Shown here: positions 58,968-64,000 of the stretch, piece after piece
Layout of the letters: every line of letters starts with the position of its first letter
Position numbering within the stretch: the first letter of the stretch is position 1
From: Adineta vaga
Taxonomy: Eukaryota; Animalia; Rotifera
Direction: 5' to 3'
DNA length: 64,000 bases
NCBI GenBank assembly: GCA_021613535.1
Contig: CP075492.1
Coordinates: forward strand, 1,984,001-2,048,000
Program-made: the position numbers and the translations under genes
Notes under the pieces: generated by a model
What the model was told of the DNA's origin: nothing
The model's database searches: none
The model's input: the letters and a program-made list of their open reading frames with translations, nothing else

Positions 58968-60695
58968 ATGTCTTTCGAGTTGTTACCTAACGAAGTATTA
59001 TTCGATATATTTAATCTTCTTTCAATTCCTGACTTTCTTCATGCATTTTCTGAACTTAATCATCGTTTCGATAAACTTATATGCGATCATCTACAAAATC
59101 AAAAATGTATTGATCTACGGACAACAACAAAATTTAATTTTGATCTTTTATGGAAACAATATTTTCCAAAATTAATCGGTGAAATAACTTCACTTAGTTT
59201 ATCGAATAATATCAATACTTTCGATCAATTCTATTCACATGGTTTCACATTACGTCAATTTACTCGTTTACAATCACTTTCACTATTTCATATTCATTCA
59301 AATGAAGCAATTCAAAATATAATGAGAGATTTACCTCATTTATCGACTTTGACTCATATGACTCTTGAAAAATGTACTGTCAATGATTATTCGTTTGTAG
59401 ACATTATTTGGAGTCTACCTAATCTTGTTTATTTTCGTTTCAATACATTCTTTGATTCACCATTGACTTTTAATGCACCAACAGTAACTTCATCAACTGT
59501 TAAATCCGTACATGGTTTTTGCGACGAACGTGGCATAAGTATAATTGATTTGTTGCAACGAACACCAAAAGCTCGATACTTATCCATTTGTATCAATTCA
59601 TATCCTTCATTTACTGATTTATCAACAAACTTAACTTCGATAACAAAATTAAATTTAGTATTTTTAAGTTCATTATTTAGTGCATTACTGAATTTTTTAC
59701 GTCGAATACCAAATCTAACTCATCTGAAAATTGATATGAAAGAGCATTTTATCCATGCACAAATATGGGAGAGATTAATTCAGAAATATCTAACAAAACT
59801 GAAGCATTTGCAATTTAAAATGAAATCTACAACTGTTATAGAGAATAGCACAGCAGAACAACAAGTCAAAAGAATTGTTGATGATTTTCGAAATTCATTT
59901 TGGCTTGATGAACATCAATGGTTTGTTCAATGTGATTGGAATCCAAGAAATAGAAACTGTTATGTATATACTATACCATATACATTTGAAGATTTTAATA
60001 TTGACTTTCCCATTTATTCGAAATCCACGCATGCACATGATAATGCTCAATGTCTGTTTGAGTGTGTGCGTAGATTGACATTCGACACAACTTCTTACGA
60101 TCTTCATGAATGTTTAACATTTTCTTATATTCAACTTCCTAATATTGAACATATTAGCATAAAACTCCCTATACAGAATCCTCTCTGGTATACAAATGGT
60201 CAATGCCATCCATCGGTTTATAAATATGAATTAAATTGTCTAAATCAATTACAACACTTACTCGAACAATATTCTCGTTTAACTTCATTACATTTTCAAG
60301 GATGGCCATCGGCGATTCTGAATTTATCGAAATGTCACATTAAGAATATGTCAGTGTTCGAACTGATTTCACGATGTCCTTTGGGACATGAATATTATTA
60401 TACGCGAAAAGAATGTGATCAATTTACTAGTTCAATACTTAGTAATCAATGTAAAATTCTTAGTATCGATGTCAAAGATTCGTTTTGTGTTTATGATCTT
60501 ATTATTAAAATGAACAAGCTTGAGATGTTAAATGTTAACCTTAAAATTAATCTATTAAACTTAAATCAAACTTCAGATAGCGAAAATCTTGTGAAATGGT
60601 TGAATAGGAAAATGCAAGGTGTATCGACCAATATAAAGAATATCACCACGAGAACAGCATTACATAGAAGTTATTTGTTTATTGAACGTTCATAA
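58968..60695 (+). CDS. F-box / LRR-like protein
   Basis: FELLPNEVLFDIFNLL F-box start, then LxxLxL repeats. Confidence 0.8.
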   Translation: MSFELLPNEVLFDIFNLLSIPDFLHAFSELNHRFDKLICDHLQNQKCIDLRTTTKFNFDLLWKQYFPKLIGEITSLSLSNNINTFDQFYSHGFTLRQFTRLQSLSLFHIHSNEAIQNIMRDLPHLSTLTHMTLEKCTVNDYSFVDIIWSLPNLVYFRFNTFFDSPLTFNAPTVTSSTVKSVHGFCDERGISIIDLLQRTPKARYLSICINSYPSFTDLSTNLTSITKLNLVFLSSLFSALLNFLRRIPNLTHLKIDMKEHFIHAQIWERLIQKYLTKLKHLQFKMKSTTVIENSTAEQQVKRIVDDFRNSFWLDEHQWFVQCDWNPRNRNCYVYTIPYTFEDFNIDFPIYSKSTHAHDNAQCLFECVRRLTFDTTSYDLHECLTFSYIQLPNIEHISIKLPIQNPLWYTNGQCHPSVYKYELNCLNQLQHLLEQYSRLTSLHFQGWPSAILNLSKCHIKNMSVFELISRCPLGHEYYYTRKECDQFTSSILSNQCKILSIDVKDSFCVYDLIIKMNKLEMLNVNLKINLLNLNQTSDSENLVKWLNRKMQGVSTNIKNITTRTALHRSYLFIERS

Positions 60696-60907
60696 TTTGT
60701 TTTTATTGACACAAACATGATTTACTTGATAGTTTATTCAAGATTTTAACAATAAAAAGTTAATACACTAGTAGAATCGGTCAGTGTGTTCGTCCGTATA
60801 CACAGTCAACGCAACAAAAATAAAACGAACACCCTAGATAAGATTGGTCGTCTCTATCTGTAAACCGTAATTGTTAACAAGTTATGGAAAAAAAACTCCG
60901 ACATTTC

Positions 60908-61129
60908 TGTAACGATATAGTTGTATCCATTTTTCTTAATTCTTCTCTTTCTGTCAACTATATATCTCTCTCTCTCTCTCTCATTCATTTGTTCCATTCG
61001 TTCTCTTTTTTTGTTGCACTTATATAGCTGCGTGTTTCTGTCTGTAAAAGTTGCGATTTATGAGAGGAAGAAATAATTAAAGGCGTGGTCCCATCAGCGC
61101 ATACATCTTTTTCATAACATATCGTCACA
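60908..61129. mobile_element. Family A, copy 3
   Basis: Shares GAGGAAGAAATAA and CCATCAGCGCATACATCT with copy 1. TGTAACGAT...ATCGTCACA termini; TSD ATTTC/TTTTC. Confidence 0.75.
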
Positions 61130-61561
61130 TTTTCTTCGCAAAACAAAATTACAATGAATTGGAAAGTAAACGATTTTTCTCGTCTATCTGTCTCTCTTTG
61201 ATATTATATACACAGAACTAGAAGAACAGTCCTGGATTCACTGACTCATCTAACAAACGCGCTCGCTTGCGTACACTGTATACACAATAGTTGTCTTTCT
61301 ATGGAAACCAGTGCTAACCTTTTTTTTTCTTTTCTTTTCGTTGTACGAGCATATAAATATATACTCTCTGTGAGAACTATACGATTATCGAGGGAGAGAA
61401 ACAAATAAAAGGGAACTGTCAGCAGCGGAATCTTTTCTTGCATTATAAATCGTCATATACATTTGCTTACTTTTTTTAGATCACTTTAGATACTACGTTT
61501 TGATTTGTAGTAGATCTATCGATCGCCCAAGTACCTGATAAAATCAATTCATTGCTGAAAA

Positions 61562-62212
61562 ATGATGAAACAGTTTACAACGGCTTCGGAACAAATTCGC
61601 TCTGCAGTAGCTGGAGTTGTACAATCAACATCAAATATAATTACGACTGTTATACCCCCACCAAATAGAAAGGAAAATGGCATCTTAGTTTTTTATCCAA
61701 ATGTGGAGTCCAATAAGAAGGATAAATGCATCCTTTATCATAACACTCTTCTTGAACAATTTGACAAAATTACTGGTACTGAGCCTGAAAAAATCTTGAA
61801 GATTGCAGTGTATAAGACACCACTGATTCCGGTGGCGTCTTCTATTGAAATACTCTATCACGCGTATCTAGTATTGCAAACCGAAACATGGTACTACTCA
61901 TTAGAAACAAAGACACAACAGATCACATTGCAGCGATCAAAGTGTCCAGAAGATGTTCGTGATATGTACGAAGGAGCATCGCGAGGTACCGTAACTGATA
62001 ATACTGCACCTAGCCTCATAGTTGAAGCGAAAGGCGAAGGAACTATCAGAGACGTGATGGAGTATCTCTACAAAAAGCAGCGTCTGAACGTTGACTTTAA
62101 TTGGTTTTGGGAAAACTGCAAGGACATGGCCAAATGGATTTTTGACGAATTCAACTCAGAAGGAAGAACACTCAAACTCACATTCACGAAATACGGTAAA
62201 TCTGACAATTAA
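61562..62212 (+). CDS. Putative permuted papain-like (PPPDE/LRAT-type) peptidase
   Basis: YHAYLV...YSLE followed by FNWFWENCKDMA, i.e. His before the NC catalytic motif. Confidence 0.55.
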   Translation: MMKQFTTASEQIRSAVAGVVQSTSNIITTVIPPPNRKENGILVFYPNVESNKKDKCILYHNTLLEQFDKITGTEPEKILKIAVYKTPLIPVASSIEILYHAYLVLQTETWYYSLETKTQQITLQRSKCPEDVRDMYEGASRGTVTDNTAPSLIVEAKGEGTIRDVMEYLYKKQRLNVDFNWFWENCKDMAKWIFDEFNSEGRTLKLTFTKYGKSDN

Positions 62213-62605
62213 CGACACTAAAATGAAACTTAATTTTGTTTTTATTTGCGTTCATCTATTTTACGACCGATTTCAAACAACTTTATATTTCGTGAATCTT
62301 TGGATGACGCTCTTCCGATTCGTTTTCTCATATGTTTTCGTGGAGATATCATTGGTCTAGGATCATGATGTCTTGCTGTCGTTATTACGTGCTACTTCCA
62401 TAATAACGACATCCAGCTAATTTTTCCCCCTATCTACGATAGCAAGACATCATGATCGTAGACCGGTGATATCTCCGCACGAAAATATATCAATCGAGAG
62501 AGTGTCATCCAAATATTCACCAAATATAAAGTTGTGTGAAATCAGTCGTAAAATACATGAATGCGAATAAAAACAAAATAATGTTTCATTTTAGTGTCGT
62601 TATTA
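62210..62605. repeat. Long imperfect inverted repeat (about 170-bp arms) formed by two inverted MITE-like units
   Basis: 62210-62382 is the reverse complement of about 62436-62602. The terminal motif TAATAACGACA/TGTCGTTATTA occurs at 62377, 62401 and 62595. Confidence 0.85.
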
Positions 62606-62987
62606 GGGAGAAGTACTGTACTAACTAGATTTCGCTACATATTCATTTCCCGTTGAGTACAACATATACTCTCTTTCATTCTTCCATTTCTTCCGCATCT
62701 CGATGTTGCTGTATGCCCGCTTCATAAAACTCAATTGATTCCCTATTCATCTCACCGATGAAAATATTTTTTTGCAATAAAATTCATTCTATCTTCGCTA
62801 GTAGCAAAAATTCCTTTCCAGCTATGGTTATGAGACAGTTGAATACTATCCAAGCACCCTCGTTCGTCAAACTCAATTAATGAATACTTTTATTTATATA
62901 TTGTTTGAAAAAGCTTACATATACAAATTATTATAAGAGAATGTCGATGTCAGGATGAATATCAAATGAAAGCATAAGTATCTTTAA

Positions 62988-63041
62988 GAGGGTGGGTGTG
63001 GGTGACACTACACTCTTGACCAACACCCACTCACACCTTCA
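62988..63041. repeat. Telomere-repeat-like hairpin
   Basis: GAGGGTGGGTGTGGGTGA...CACCCACTCACACCTTCA. Confidence 0.7.
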
Positions 63042-64000
63042 ATTCATTATAAATTTTGATAATTTGAACTGATACTATGATATATCACAATAAGCACACC
63101 TCTTATTCATTCAATGAAAATGTTATATGGAAAAATCCATTGCATAATATTTGTCGCAATCGATATTTTTCTTTTTCTTTTCATGAAAACGAACGTTGTC
63201 ATACGCTATTGGCGTCAGATATATTCATCAAGATTAATTCGTGTTTACTCACTAAAGAAAAACTAAATATGCAACTGAAAAAGCAGGTAGTATTGTTGGC
63301 AGTCAATATATGTGATAATTATTTGACACGCCTTCCTGTTTTAATATGATGTAACTTATAGAAAAAGAAATATTTTCTGTATGATTATAAACTGATGTAA
63401 GTTGGAAGAAAATCTCTTCATGTGTTTTTACCCACTTATTTGTTATTCATATATTTCCTATTCAAACAAAAATACACAACCAAGATAAAATGCTTTGAAT
63501 GCAAGTAAATAAATTATTATCGTTGATTAGAATAACTATAAAAGAACAGGGATTGTTTATCAGATAGACACAAGACACATTAACGATATTCTACCGCTTA
63601 ACTCGGTTTCGTTTCTTCTATATTATGAATCCAATAGGATTAATATGATCGAGCCTCACCAACTATGTTATTCAAATACTTAGCACGGATCTTTTATCTG
63701 GTTTTATTAATAGCAATTTCGAATATCGACTGAAACTTGTTTTCATAGACGGATTACAAAGATTCGTTTTCGTATAAAATACATTTCTGAGAATATATTT
63801 AGCAATCAATAGCGAGAAATATTGGGGATAAAGAGTAGCACAGGAATTATTATTCAGTTGCGAATGTTTTCGCTATCAATTTGATTTTCAAGGAAGACTA
63901 AGTATGGATAAGCGTTTGATTTTGACTTATGTATAAATGCTTAAGCTGAGATATGTGTTCTTATACTCTCGAATTATTACGGAAATAGTGGAGAGCTTCA

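Noticed and set aside
1-64000. Prokaryotic or contaminant origin of the window
   Set aside because: Numerous in-phase spliceosomal introns, a GPCR, an F-box protein and a Ty3/Gypsy element are interleaved with the bacterial-like genes.

Overview
AT-rich eukaryotic genomic DNA with short (about 50-80 nt) GT-AG introns. The gene content and TGTGGG/TGAGGG repeats point to a bdelloid rotifer (inference). The window contains: (i) six members of a receiver-like/ADP-ribosyltransferase(R-S-E)/TPR family, three intact and three decayed; (ii) a complete, very young 8.8-kb Ty3/Gypsy LTR retrotransposon with identical 166-bp LTRs, CCCTT TSD, a triplicated capsid-like module in Gag, a TAATG gag/pol junction and a DEDDy exonuclease ORF3; (iii) probable horizontally acquired genes: a VOC/glyoxalase-like protein, a DUF5695-type glycoside hydrolase, and a small ORF resembling a bacterial RHS/polymorphic-toxin tip that can be spliced to a signal peptide; (iv) a multi-exon gene with three concatenated TM-Cys-rich-TM modules plus an FG-GAP propeller; (v) SDR, GPCR, NHL, kinase, F-box/LRR and permuted-papain genes; (vi) several small transposon families and about 20 dispersed short hairpins or half-hairpins built from telomere-like repeats. 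All family assignments come from motif recognition by eye; no database search was run.
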